NCBI RefSeq assembly: GCF_900232105.1
Contig: NZ_LT934425.1
Location: 2,310,001 to 2,342,000, forward strand
DNA from: Candidatus Kuenenia stuttgartensis
Lineage (GTDB): Bacteria > Planctomycetota > Brocadiia > Brocadiales > Brocadiaceae
DNA: 32,000 nt
Direction of reading: 5' to 3'
Under the pieces are notes generated by a model. It was not told where the DNA came from. It worked only from the letters and a program-made list of their open reading frames with translations, and did not search any database. Shown here piece after piece: positions 8,605-17,629 of the stretch. The stretch's first letter is position 1. The number at the start of each line of letters is the position of its first letter. The translations under genes and the position numbers were made by a program.

Positions 8605-10618
8605 TCTAGCGTGAGTTTATCACGAAATAAGGTGTAAGACAAAGACATCAAGTTGCAATCCAATGATTTGTATCGGGTTGCGACTTTTTTTGTCTAAAAA
8701 ATTATGTATACACTGAATAATACTATATTTATATTGCATTATATGCCTGTATATACTATTATACACGGAGTATTAATCTATTACGTATACACTAACAACT
8801 AATAGCCATGGCTACCATTCAATCTAAAAACTCCAGAGGTTATAAATATTGGTATATTGTCGAATCGCGGCGCGTTAACGGCAAGCCCAGGCCCATCGTC
8901 CTGGCCTATCTTGGCAAGGCAGACGATTTATTAAAACAACTGCAAGGTCTTACCGAAAAATTACGGCTCAAATCTTATTCACATGGCGCGGTAGCCGCAT
9001 TGCTAAGTGTGGCCAATGCCCTGGACGTCCCTTCCGTGATTAATAAATATATAAAGTCGCCACGGCAGTATTGTGCTAAAAAACCTGTTCGAAATAATCT
9101 GACCGCCGGAAGTACCCTCTTGTTGGGTGCCGTGGGGAGAGTGTGTGTGCCTACCAGCAAAAGAGGATGGTGGGATTGGGCAAAGACGACTACTGCCGAA
9201 TACTTACTCAGACACAGCTTGAGTAAAATAGACAGTCAGCATTTCTGGGATTTGATGGATGCACTTCCTGAAGAATCCATTGCAGAAATCGAGCGCGAAT
9301 TAATTGAAAAGACATTTAAAACATACAACCTTCAAAGCGACACACTGTTTTTTGATACAACCAATTTTTTCACGTATATCGACACAACTAATCTGCGATG
9401 CACTATTGCCCGGCGGGGGAAAAACAAACAAAAGCGATACGATCTCAGGCAGGTCGGGTTGGCGATGGTCGTTACACGTAACGACATGATACCGTTGTTT
9501 CACCATACCTATCAGGGGAACATGGCGGATGCAAAGGTGTTCAGCGCGGTTCTTGAGACGATAAAAGACAGGATGACCGGATTAGGTTTCGACAGCAAAA
9601 AGCACACTATTGTTTTTGATCGTGGAAACAATTCCATGGACAATATGGCTATTGTAGAGAGATTGGCATTGCATTACGTTGGAGCGCTTACACCGTATCA
9701 TCACAAGCAGTTGGTAGGGGATGCCATGTGTAATTTCAGGGAATATGACGTTGACGGCAGTAAGATACAGGTGTACCATGACAAACGGGTTATTTGGGGG
9801 CAGGAAAGAACCGTTGTCGTATTTATTTCCGAGAAATTAAAGGTTGGGCAATTAAGGGGAATGTCTAAGTCTCTGGAAAAGGCAGAACATCAGTTAAAGC
9901 TCTTACAGCAGCATCTGTGTAATCCAAAGGGAAAGATGCGGGACAAAGAGGGTCTGGAGGATACGATAAGAAGTGTAGTGAAATGTCAATTTGCGAAGGA
10001 TGTTATCGATTGGTCGTTAAAAGAGGTATCTGAAGGCAAGTTTCAATTGAATTTTTCAATCGACCAGAAAAAGCTCGAAGAAATAGAAGGGGAACTGGGG
10101 TTCAGGATTCTTATGACAGACCATCACGATTGGGATACCGCGGACATTATAAAAGCCTACTATGGGCAATCAAAAATTGAACATGCCTTTAGAAATCTCA
10201 AGAACCCCTATCACCTTGCTTTAAAACCGCAATTTCACTGGACGGATCAGAAAATCAGGGTGCATTTTTTTATTTGCGTCCTCGGATACCTAATGGCGGC
10301 GATTGTGTGGTATCAGGCAAAAGCGCACGCACAATTTAGTGGAACGTTAGATACCCTGTTAGACACCCTTAATAATATAAGGCTTTCTGCTATGCTTGAA
10401 GAAACAAAGGCCAGAGGGAGAGTTAAGGCTACCTACAAATTGGAAGAAATGTCCGACAAGGAATCTCTGTTGATGAATGCGTTAGGCATTATGGATTTCC
10501 ACAAACATCGGCTGAAACTTCAAGGACTCAGTGTATACAATTGATGTTGTGCTTAACGCATTGACTGTATTTATGTTACGTTGCTTCATGCCTTATTTTG
10601 TGATAAACTCACGCTAGA
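8605..10618 (+). mobile_element. IS1634-like insertion sequence
   Basis: Left end TCTAGCGTGAGTTTATCACGAAATAAGG (8605-8632) and right end CCTTATTTTGTGATAAACTCACGCTAGA (10591-10618) are 28-bp inverted repeats with one mismatch; they enclose a full transposase. Confidence 0.88.
8808..10544 (+). CDS. IS1634-like (IS4 superfamily) transposase
   Basis: 578 aa; SRRVNGKPRPIVLAYLGKADDLL N-terminus, TLFFDTTNFFTYIDTTN, KHTIVFDRGNNSMDNMAI, IIKAYYGQSKIEHAFRNLKNPYHLALKPQFHWTDQKIRVHFFICVLGYLMA. Confidence 0.9.
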   Translation: MATIQSKNSRGYKYWYIVESRRVNGKPRPIVLAYLGKADDLLKQLQGLTEKLRLKSYSHGAVAALLSVANALDVPSVINKYIKSPRQYCAKKPVRNNLTAGSTLLLGAVGRVCVPTSKRGWWDWAKTTTAEYLLRHSLSKIDSQHFWDLMDALPEESIAEIERELIEKTFKTYNLQSDTLFFDTTNFFTYIDTTNLRCTIARRGKNKQKRYDLRQVGLAMVVTRNDMIPLFHHTYQGNMADAKVFSAVLETIKDRMTGLGFDSKKHTIVFDRGNNSMDNMAIVERLALHYVGALTPYHHKQLVGDAMCNFREYDVDGSKIQVYHDKRVIWGQERTVVVFISEKLKVGQLRGMSKSLEKAEHQLKLLQQHLCNPKGKMRDKEGLEDTIRSVVKCQFAKDVIDWSLKEVSEGKFQLNFSIDQKKLEEIEGELGFRILMTDHHDWDTADIIKAYYGQSKIEHAFRNLKNPYHLALKPQFHWTDQKIRVHFFICVLGYLMAAIVWYQAKAHAQFSGTLDTLLDTLNNIRLSAMLEETKARGRVKATYKLEEMSDKESLLMNALGIMDFHKHRLKLQGLSVYN

Positions 10619-11238
10619 GGCATAAAAACGCCCGCAATAAGAATGTTTGCAGAGCTGTCCGCCGCCTTAATAGCGTCATATGTTGTGGAGAGCAATTGTG
10701 CATATTCCGAAGCATCGCCGTAAAAGAATCCTTCGCATGCAGTGCTGGTGCAAGTATATTCATTGGGTTCGTTCCAAACTTCCCAGTAATGAATATCGCC
10801 TTTGTATCGTCCCACAATCATGGCAATCCATTTTGCCCATTGATCATAATCTGCAGGTGGGCAAAAATTGGGGTCATAGGCGGCCTCTCCTGACGGACAA
10901 TTCCCTGCCCAGTCTGGCATGGAAGTGAGTGTTCCCAATATCTGTACGCCATATTTTCCCGCCAAATCTACAATAATATCCATTGGTTCCCACTCCGGAG
11001 GTGCGTCTTCCTGAACAAAAATGGAAGACAACTGAACATCAAGCCGCAGGTAAGCAATCCCCAATGCCGAACTTTTTGAAAAGAGTTCTTCGATATCAAC
11101 TTCCGGCATATCCGGGTAAATCATGGAATGGGCGCCGTAATTCTCGCGGCTGTATGAATAAGAGTCGTTAACAAAGGAGAGGCTTGATATTACCAGGAGG
11201 AGGCCTCCAACTGTTTTTTTAACCCAGTAATTATTCAT
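10619..11238 (-). pseudogene. N-terminal part of the disrupted glycoside-hydrolase-like gene
   Basis: Signal-like start, RLDVQLSSIFVQ..., YKGDIHYWEVWNEPNE (catalytic Asn-Glu signature of clan GH-A-like hydrolases), ending at the IS terminus at 10618. It can be read in frame onto the 7812-8604 fragment (FMP-HEDLSEWLQEV). Confidence 0.8.
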
Positions 11239-11328
11239 TTTCCCGATACCTTTCCTTAGACTAATGTGTTTTGGCGGTTATTAAATTAGGTGGGGTTTTA
11301 AAATGCAAAAACCCAGCGGCATTTATTT

Positions 11329-11616
11329 TTACCCACCCCTCATATACCAATAAATTGTAGCATTCCAGGCATCTGTTGTCCAATCACTCGTATCTGTGTT
11401 TACTAATTGACTAATGAATCCAATATATCCGCCATCTACATCGGCATAATCAACCCTCCATTTTTCACGATGATGCGCATTGCCACGACTACAGGCGGGT
11501 TCAGGTTTGTAACCTGAACCTATGAGTTTATGCGTATAATGGGGCCATGTACTGTGGTAAAATGCCAATTCCCAAATCACAAAATCCCTGTTTGTAAGCT
11601 GGAATTTATTTGTCAT
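11329..11616 (-). CDS. Short hypothetical protein
   Basis: 95-aa ORF with no recognised motif; could be a spurious or truncated ORF. Confidence 0.25.
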   Translation of the reverse strand: MTNKFQLTNRDFVIWELAFYHSTWPHYTHKLIGSGYKPEPACSRGNAHHREKWRVDYADVDGGYIGFISQLVNTDTSDWTTDAWNATIYWYMRGG

Positions 11617-11663
11617 TTGTTCTGTTCATAGAAGGCTGTATAAAAAGTATAAAACGTTTGGTT

Positions 11664-12045
11664 CAGGTTGCAAACCAATGTCATTAAGTTAAACAACCTG
11701 CCAGAAAAGTTCCCCTTAATAAAGGGGGAAAAAGGGGGTTGTTTTTAATAAAATAATTCTTAACACTTAGTTATTTGAAAAATCCAAGGGGATATAAAAA
11801 ACAATGTAGCCCCTTTAGGGGCGGTCTGTTTGTAGCGCAATAAAATTCAACAGGTAAATAGCTCCGTCAGGAGCGGCCTGTATATGATTGACAGGAAGAC
11901 AGGCCGCTCCTGACGGAGCTAATATCTGTTATGGTATCCTATCTACCACAAACAGGTTGCTCCTACGGAGCTTATCGGTAATACGTTTTTTTAAACCAAA
12001 GTGTTACAATAATTCTTAACTTAATGACATTGGGTTGCAAACCTG
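11664..12045. repeat. Inverted-repeat-bounded non-coding segment
   Basis: Left CAGGTTGCAAACCAATGTCATTAAGTTAA (11664-11692) is the near-reverse complement of TTAACTTAATGACATTGGGTTGCAAACCTG (12016-12045). Confidence 0.65.
11859..11921. repeat. Perfect 23-bp inverted repeat with 17-nt loop
   Basis: TAGCTCCGTCAGGAGCGGCCTGT (11859-11881) / ACAGGCCGCTCCTGACGGAGCTA (11899-11921). Confidence 0.9.
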
Positions 12046-12148
12046 ATAATCATATAGAAGGCACCTCCGAGCGCACTCTTCATGGTAAAATGGAGGATAC
12101 CGTGAAAGGCGATTGTTAAATAATAACAAAGTAAGGAGGGAGCGAGCA

Positions 12149-12850
12149 ATGGGATATTTCGTAGGAATAGATTTACATGGTGATAATAATTATATTGGAA
12201 TACTCGATGAGGAGGATCGGAAGGTATTCAAGAGGAGAAACCGTAATGACATCAATGAAATAAAGCGCGTATTAGAGCCATACAAAAAAGAAATAAAGGG
12301 TATAGTAGTAGAATCGACCTTTAACTGGTACTGGATAGTGGATGGTCTGATGGAGGCAGGCTATCAGGTACACCTGGCAAATACATCGGCAATGCAGCAG
12401 TATGAGGGATTAAAGTACATTGACGACACGAGGGATTCGTTTTGGTTGGCAAAGATGTTACGGTTAAAGATATTACCAGAGGGATATATTTATCCCAAAG
12501 AGACGCGGTCAGTGAGGGATTTACTGAGGAAGCGGATGATGTTGGTACAACAAAGGACAGCGCATATATTGAGTATGCAAACGATGGTAAACCGTAACAA
12601 AGGAGTACCGATAAGCGGTGATACGATAAAGAAGCTGAGTAACGAAGAGGTAATGGGGATGTTCAGCGACGTGCATTTGACCATGTCAGCACAGTGCGAT
12701 CACGAGGTAATAGAGGTATTAAATAAGCAGATATACAAGATAGAGAAAGCGGTATTAAAGGAGGTGAAGCTAAAGAAGCCGTATAAGAAATTGCTCAAGG
12801 TGCCTGGGATAGGCGAAATCCTGGCAATGACGATAATGCTGGAGACTGGG
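12149..12850 (+). pseudogene. N-terminal part of a split IS110-family transposase (DEDD RuvC-like)
   Basis: AAGGAGG-type RBS then MGYFVGIDLHGDNNYIGILDEEDRKVFKRR..., VVESTFNWYWIVDGL, ANTSAMQQYEGLKYIDDTRDSFWLAKMLR, VPGIGEILAMTIMLETG. It continues in frame at 18042 after removal of the insert. Confidence 0.93.
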
Positions 12851-12860
12851 TGCTAAGCCC

Positions 12861-14244
12861 CATAAGCGCTAACTTGTTTTATTGACAAATTTTATTCATC
12901 ATGGTATTTTTATGTTAATTATCCCGCTAATCACTCTATAGGAGGATAAAGCCATGATGAGAGAAGATTGGGATCTTCTAAGAACTTTCTTCCCAAACGA
13001 TTGGAAAAGTTTAGCCGTTGATACAAATGCTTTAAAAGGCTTGCGCAAGGATAAATCTGAAGAAAAGCTTCTTCGAACATTATTAATTCATTTAGGATGT
13101 GGCTATTCATTGCGTGAAACAGTAGTTCTAGCCAAGCGTGCTAACTTAGCAGATTTATCCGATGTTGCCTTATTAAAGCGATTAAAAAAGAGCAAAGAAT
13201 GGCTATATAAATTATGTTTATCTTTATTCCGTGAGCGTGGCCTCCAAATTAATAAACGGAATAATTTTCATCTTCGCTTATTTGATGCAACAACAGTAAA
13301 GGAACCTGGGAAAACAGGAAGTCTTTGGCGCATTCATTATAGTATTGAGGTTCCTTCATTATCTTGCGATTTCTTTAAACTTACGGGAACTGAAGGAGAA
13401 GGCACAGGAGAATCTTTTCGGCAGTTTCCGATGAAAAAAGATGATTATATTATAGCTGACAGAGGTTACTGTACTGGCCAAGGAATTCATCATGCAACAA
13501 GGAAAGGCGCTTATCTTAGCGTTAGAGTTAATTCGCAATCTCTACGGATATTCGGCGAAGAAAAGAAACCCTTTCCTTTATTGAAAGAAATCCAATATTT
13601 AAAAAGACCCCTTGCTATAAAATCATGGAACGTTTTTATTCCAAACGTTGATAATACTGAATATGTCAAAGGTCGTCTTTGTATAATACGCAAAACAGAA
13701 GAAGCCATTAAAATAGCTCATAAAAAACTTAAAAGACATGCAAGCAAAAAGGGCATTGAACTAAAACCGGAGACCCTTATTTATGCCAAGTACGTAATAG
13801 TATTCACAACGTTTCCTGAAAATCAATTTACCGCTTTTGATATCTTAGAATGGTATCGAGTTCGATGGCAAATTGAACTGGTCTTTAAAAGATTTAAACA
13901 AATAGCACAATTTGGACACTTACCTAAATACGATGATGATAGCTCAAAAGCTTGGCTTTATGGCAAACTATTCGTTGCTCTTTTGACAGAAAAACTAATA
14001 GATTTTGCTACGTCTTTTTCCCCCTGGGGATACTTCATTGTCAAGCAAGAAGACTAAAAGCAAATGGCGTGAATTTGCTTTTATGCTTAATCAAGTAAAA
14101 CGGGCTATAGAACCAGCGTTATCATTACAGGAAGTTCTTAAGTGCTGGAATGACATTGCTTGTTCTTTAGCAGAAAATACAAGAATCCGAAAAACACAGA
14201 TATCAAAATACTTCGAGCGCACCTAAAACAAGTTAGCGCTTATG
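12861..14244 (+). mobile_element. IS4-family insertion sequence (1384 bp) with 11-bp target duplication
   Basis: Terminal inverted repeats CATAAGCGCTAACTTGTTTT (12861-12880) and AAAACAAGTTAGCGCTTATG (14225-14244); direct repeats GTGCTAAGCCC at 12850-12860 and 14245-14255. Confidence 0.93.
12954..14226 (+). pseudogene. IS4-family transposase with a frame break near its 3' end
   Basis: 12954..14057 encodes LFDATTVKEPGKTGSLWRIHYS, DDYIIADRGYCTGQGI, EWYRVRWQIELVFKRFKQI. The family-like C-terminus (FPPGDTSLSSKKTKSKWREFAFMLNQVKRAIEP...) continues in the +1 frame (ORF 14005..14226). Confidence 0.85.
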
Positions 14245-14283
14245 GTGCTAAGCCCCACAATAAATGAACCTGGAATTCTCAGA

Positions 14284-14586
14284 TTAAGTGGAATTAATAT
14301 ATTGAGGTAAAACGGATTTTAGCAGATAGACAGCATCTGGGAAAGAGGAGTTGGAATCTACCATGACGATGTCGATGGTATTAAAGTTTTTTTTACAACG
14401 GAAACACCTGGCGAGGTTCGTATTTGGGTTGGTGGCGGAATTAAATTCAGAACAGAGAGGGCAGAGGAAGCGGAAATAGCCTTCGGAGTATTTATGAGGT
14501 ATGGAGAGGACATCAGCGATGAGTCGATCGATGGGGATATCGTTTCGTAATGAGCGCAAGAGTTGAGGGGAAAAGAGACGGGCCAT
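14284..14586 (-). CDS. CHC2-like zinc-finger protein (DnaG N-terminus-like) carried by the transposon
   Basis: 100 aa; RNDIPIDRLIADVL...GYFRFLCPLCSEFNSATNPNTNLARCFRCKKNFNTIDIVM with CxxC...CxxC spacing as in CHC2 primase zinc domains. Confidence 0.75.
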   Translation of the reverse strand: MARLFSPQLLRSLRNDIPIDRLIADVLSIPHKYSEGYFRFLCPLCSEFNSATNPNTNLARCFRCKKNFNTIDIVMVDSNSSFPDAVYLLKSVLPQYINST

Positions 14587-14597
14587 GGTAGACCTCC

Positions 14598-15389
14598 TTA
14601 AAAAGATTGAATTTCAGCAAGAGCCTGATGGAAGATATCCTGGGTAATTTTCTGTGATTGTCTGATGGAAGCGTTAATCAGGCAGGCGGTGGAAATGGCG
14701 TTGATTTGCCTTGGGATGCCGGCGGAGAACTCATGGATCAGGTCTTTGACGTCTGAGTCAAAGATTTTATCGGATGCGCCGGAAGATTTCAGATGGAAGT
14801 CTATGTATGCAGCGGTTTGAGTTTTAGTAAGGGGATGAATGTGGTAATGTACCGAGATGCGTTGTGCGAAGTCGGCATGGATGTCTCTTTTGAGGATATA
14901 TTTGAGGTGTTCCTGTCCCGAGAGGATGATTTTGAGATGAGTGGAAGAATCAAGCGGAGAGCTGACAAGGAGTCTGAGGTCTGTGATGGCGTCGGTTTTC
15001 AGGAGATGAGCCTCGTCGATAACGATAATGGGAGTGAGATTTGAGCGCAAGGATTTATCCATAATTTGGAGGAAGAGCCGGTCTTTGGTGTGTTTTGGTA
15101 TTTCACCGAGCTGGGAGACGATTAAGGAGAGAAGGCTGGATGATTTTAGGTGGGTAAAATGGAGGTAGATGGGGAGAAACAGGTTTTGGGGGATTTGTGA
15201 GAGGAAGAGTTTGAGGAGTGTGGATTTTCCGACTCCCGTCTGTCCGTAGAGGACGGCGATAGAGCCTGAGTGTAAGAGGTATTGGAGTCGTGCAAGCCCC
15301 TGGGTAAAGCGTTCGTCTTTCATGATAAGGCTGGTGTTGATTCTTTCAGAGAACGGCTGAGTAGTCATGGAAAAATGAGAAGTAAACAT
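14598..15389 (-). CDS. AAA ATPase, ExeA/TnsC/MuB-like transposition helper
   Basis: Walker A YGQTGVGKSTLLK, Walker B TPIIVIDEAHLL, C-terminal FSAGIPRQINAISTACLINA typical of ExeA-like AAA proteins. Confidence 0.88.
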   Translation of the reverse strand: MFTSHFSMTTQPFSERINTSLIMKDERFTQGLARLQYLLHSGSIAVLYGQTGVGKSTLLKLFLSQIPQNLFLPIYLHFTHLKSSSLLSLIVSQLGEIPKHTKDRLFLQIMDKSLRSNLTPIIVIDEAHLLKTDAITDLRLLVSSPLDSSTHLKIILSGQEHLKYILKRDIHADFAQRISVHYHIHPLTKTQTAAYIDFHLKSSGASDKIFDSDVKDLIHEFSAGIPRQINAISTACLINASIRQSQKITQDIFHQALAEIQSF

Positions 15390-15391
15390 GG

Positions 15392-16952
15392 TTAAGAGAC
15401 CTCCTTTTTCGAGTAAGCGATTTGTAATTCACGAATGATATAGGGTAAGGTTTTCACGGAGGCATTTTGGAATGCCTCCGTGAGCAATGATTCGTTGAGA
15501 GCGGGGATACGGTTGTAGCATTTTTTAAGCGATTCGAGTTCATGAGAGCTGAAGGCGGAGAGAGAGCCTTTGTGTCCCATGAGGAGTGCGAGTTTCTGGA
15601 CGAATGCCATGAATGGCCAGGGTCGTTCGGAGATGATTTGGTGGTAATCAATGCCTTTGGCCTGAGCCTGGAGAATGGATTTGTGTTTCTGAGTGATAAG
15701 GTCGAGGTAATTATGTTTTGGTTTTGAAGGTGAGGCGGCTGGAGTTTCAGCGCCCTGGTCGCGCAGGTAGAGATTTCCCGAGCCGAGGTATTCACCGTTT
15801 GCGGAATAGATCAAGACCTTTTTGAGATCGCCGTATGGGTCGTAACGGACTTCTACTTTATCGCCTCTGAGTTTGGGGTCAACACGGTAAAAGCGGTTAT
15901 CAATGCGGACATCGGCAAAGGTTCTGTCAACGGTTCTGGGGATGCGTTTCATGAAGAAGGCAAGAGCGGCGTCCATATCGACGTGTCGGATGACGGTAAG
16001 CCCCTCGTCGTAGCGTTGTTTTGGAGATTGATTGGTTTCGGAGTGGATTCTTGCGTGATAGACAACGGCAAGGTAAGCGGAGAAGGCCTGGTTAATGGCA
16101 TCAAGGGTGATAATGTCGCCGGAGCGGACTTCCGACTCGAACTGTGTCTGGCTGGTGCCGAAGAAACGTTCGACCAGTCCGCCGGGAGCAGGGTCGCGTG
16201 GTGGTCTGTGGATGAGTTTAATGCCGAGGTTGTAACAGGCAGAGCGCAGGGCGTCAGAGTGGTAGACCTTGGCATTGTCGAGGTAGAGTTCTTTGGGCGA
16301 GCCGTGGATAGTCCAGGCCCTGATGAGAGAATCGATAAGGATATCGAGGGTTTGTTTGAGATAATACCGTCCTTCGACCACATAACGGCTGTAGCAGTCG
16401 ATAAAGAGACAGAGGTTTGTGGGAAGCGCCTCGCCGTCAACGAGCACGAAAGGGCCTTCCTGGAAGTCGCCAATCCAGAGGTCGTGGGTATGCTCACGGC
16501 TAAGAGCGTATACGCACCTTTTGCTGTGAGACGCCGAGTTTGAGCCGGGTCGCCCCTGCGAGTCTGAGATGGCGGTAGAGGGTGGATTTGGGGATCGTTT
16601 TCCCATAGTATTTCTCAAGAAAGCGGTTGAGGCAATCGTCGCTGCGGCGTGGTTGTTCTTTTTTGAGTTCAACGGCTTTGTCGATAATTTCAGGAGAAAA
16701 CCTTCTGGATGCGCCACGGTCGCTCCTCGCCTTTCTTGCAAGAGATTGAAATCCATCTTTGCGGTAGCGGTTGAGTTTTCTCCTGAGGGTAGAGATAGTG
16801 GGTCTTTTCCGCTTTCCGTTGGGGAATACGACCTCCTGAAGGCAGAGTTTTTTCAGAAAAAGGTTGGTCTGCTCCTTCTCAATCTCACCGAAGATGACAG
16901 GATGCAGAAGATTGCACCAGAATAAAGCCCATTTTTCGTCTTTCGATTTCAT
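15392..16952 (-). CDS. DDE integrase-type transposase with N-terminal HTH and C-terminal Mu-type domain, interrupted by an apparent +1 frame break
   Basis: ORF 16500..16952 supplies HTH domains (RPTISTLRRKLNRYRKDGFQSLARK..., IPKSTLYRHLRLAG). ORF 15392..16756 supplies THDLWIGDFQEGPFVL, LFIDCYSRYVVEGRYY, LYLDNAKVYHSDAL, PPRDPAPGGLVERFFGT and FADVRIDNRFYRVDP...VEVRYDP. Frames meet near 16499-16508. Confidence 0.85.
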
Positions 16953-16990
16953 AATTCACCTCCTTTTTTAAGTGTGGAGGTGATTGTAAC

Positions 16991-17629
16991 TCAAGACCAG
17001 CCGCTTTTTGTTGCCAGTTCGGGGAAAAATGAATGCCCAAAAATTCGGTGATATTCCGGCTCGGCGCTGAACAATTGAATCGATTGATCGAGGGAGGTTT
17101 TTCGTTGTTTGCTTTTATACTTTCCGTGGTAAATGGGAAACATTTGGCGAAAAACCGGAGAGTTGGGGTCGGCCTGCCTGATGAGGTCAAAGGCGTTGCG
17201 GAGTGTGTATTTCAGTGAGCCAAAGAAACGCAGCCACCTCCAAACGGTTGACCAGGCAAGCATGCGGTTGTCTATTTCCTGTGTTCGGGTAGTATATCCG
17301 ATGGCAGAGGAGACACTCCGGTAGGTTTCTGTATCATCTTTGACATAAGCCTGACTGAAGGAGAGACAGTGATCCTTTACGTACCGCTTGTAAGGGAGCG
17401 CATACTCAGGATAGGAAGTAAACGTCTTCTTGCACAAGGAACATTTCCAACGTCCCAGGAAAGATTCTATCGTATGAACAAGGGAGTCGATAATAACGTG
17501 AAACAACCGATATCTGCATTCATGAAGGGTGAAATTGACATGGGTACTCTTGCACTTTGGACAAAAGCATGGCTTCTGTTTTGTCGCAATAAGCTTTTCA
17601 TGCTTGTGGATTTTTTCTATAATATTCAC
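16991..17629 (-). CDS. Zinc-ribbon protein (DUF6431-like) carried by the transposon
   Basis: 212 aa; CFCPKCKSTHVNF...GRWKCSLCKKTFTSYPEYALPYKRYVKDH...TVWRWLRFFGSL; lies inside the transposon boundaries on the same strand as the other genes. Confidence 0.7.
   Translation of the reverse strand: MNIIEKIHKHEKLIATKQKPCFCPKCKSTHVNFTLHECRYRLFHVIIDSLVHTIESFLGRWKCSLCKKTFTSYPEYALPYKRYVKDHCLSFSQAYVKDDTETYRSVSSAIGYTTRTQEIDNRMLAWSTVWRWLRFFGSLKYTLRNAFDLIRQADPNSPVFRQMFPIYHGKYKSKQRKTSLDQSIQLFSAEPEYHRIFGHSFFPELATKSGWS

Noticed and set aside
12046-12148. Confident bridge-RNA call upstream of IS110
   Set aside because: Element ends and RNA structure cannot be established from one disrupted copy; kept only as a question in the findings.
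15983-16543. Long antisense ORFs opposite the transposase (15983..16543 +, 15949..16497 -)
   Set aside because: They overlap the well-supported DDE transposase in another frame/strand and have low-complexity, motif-free translations.
14284-17629. CRISPR-associated (CAST) or Tn7 proper interpretation
   Set aside because: No Cas genes or CRISPR array, no TnsA/TnsD/TniQ-like protein recognised, and the 6-bp duplication differs from Tn7's 5 bp.
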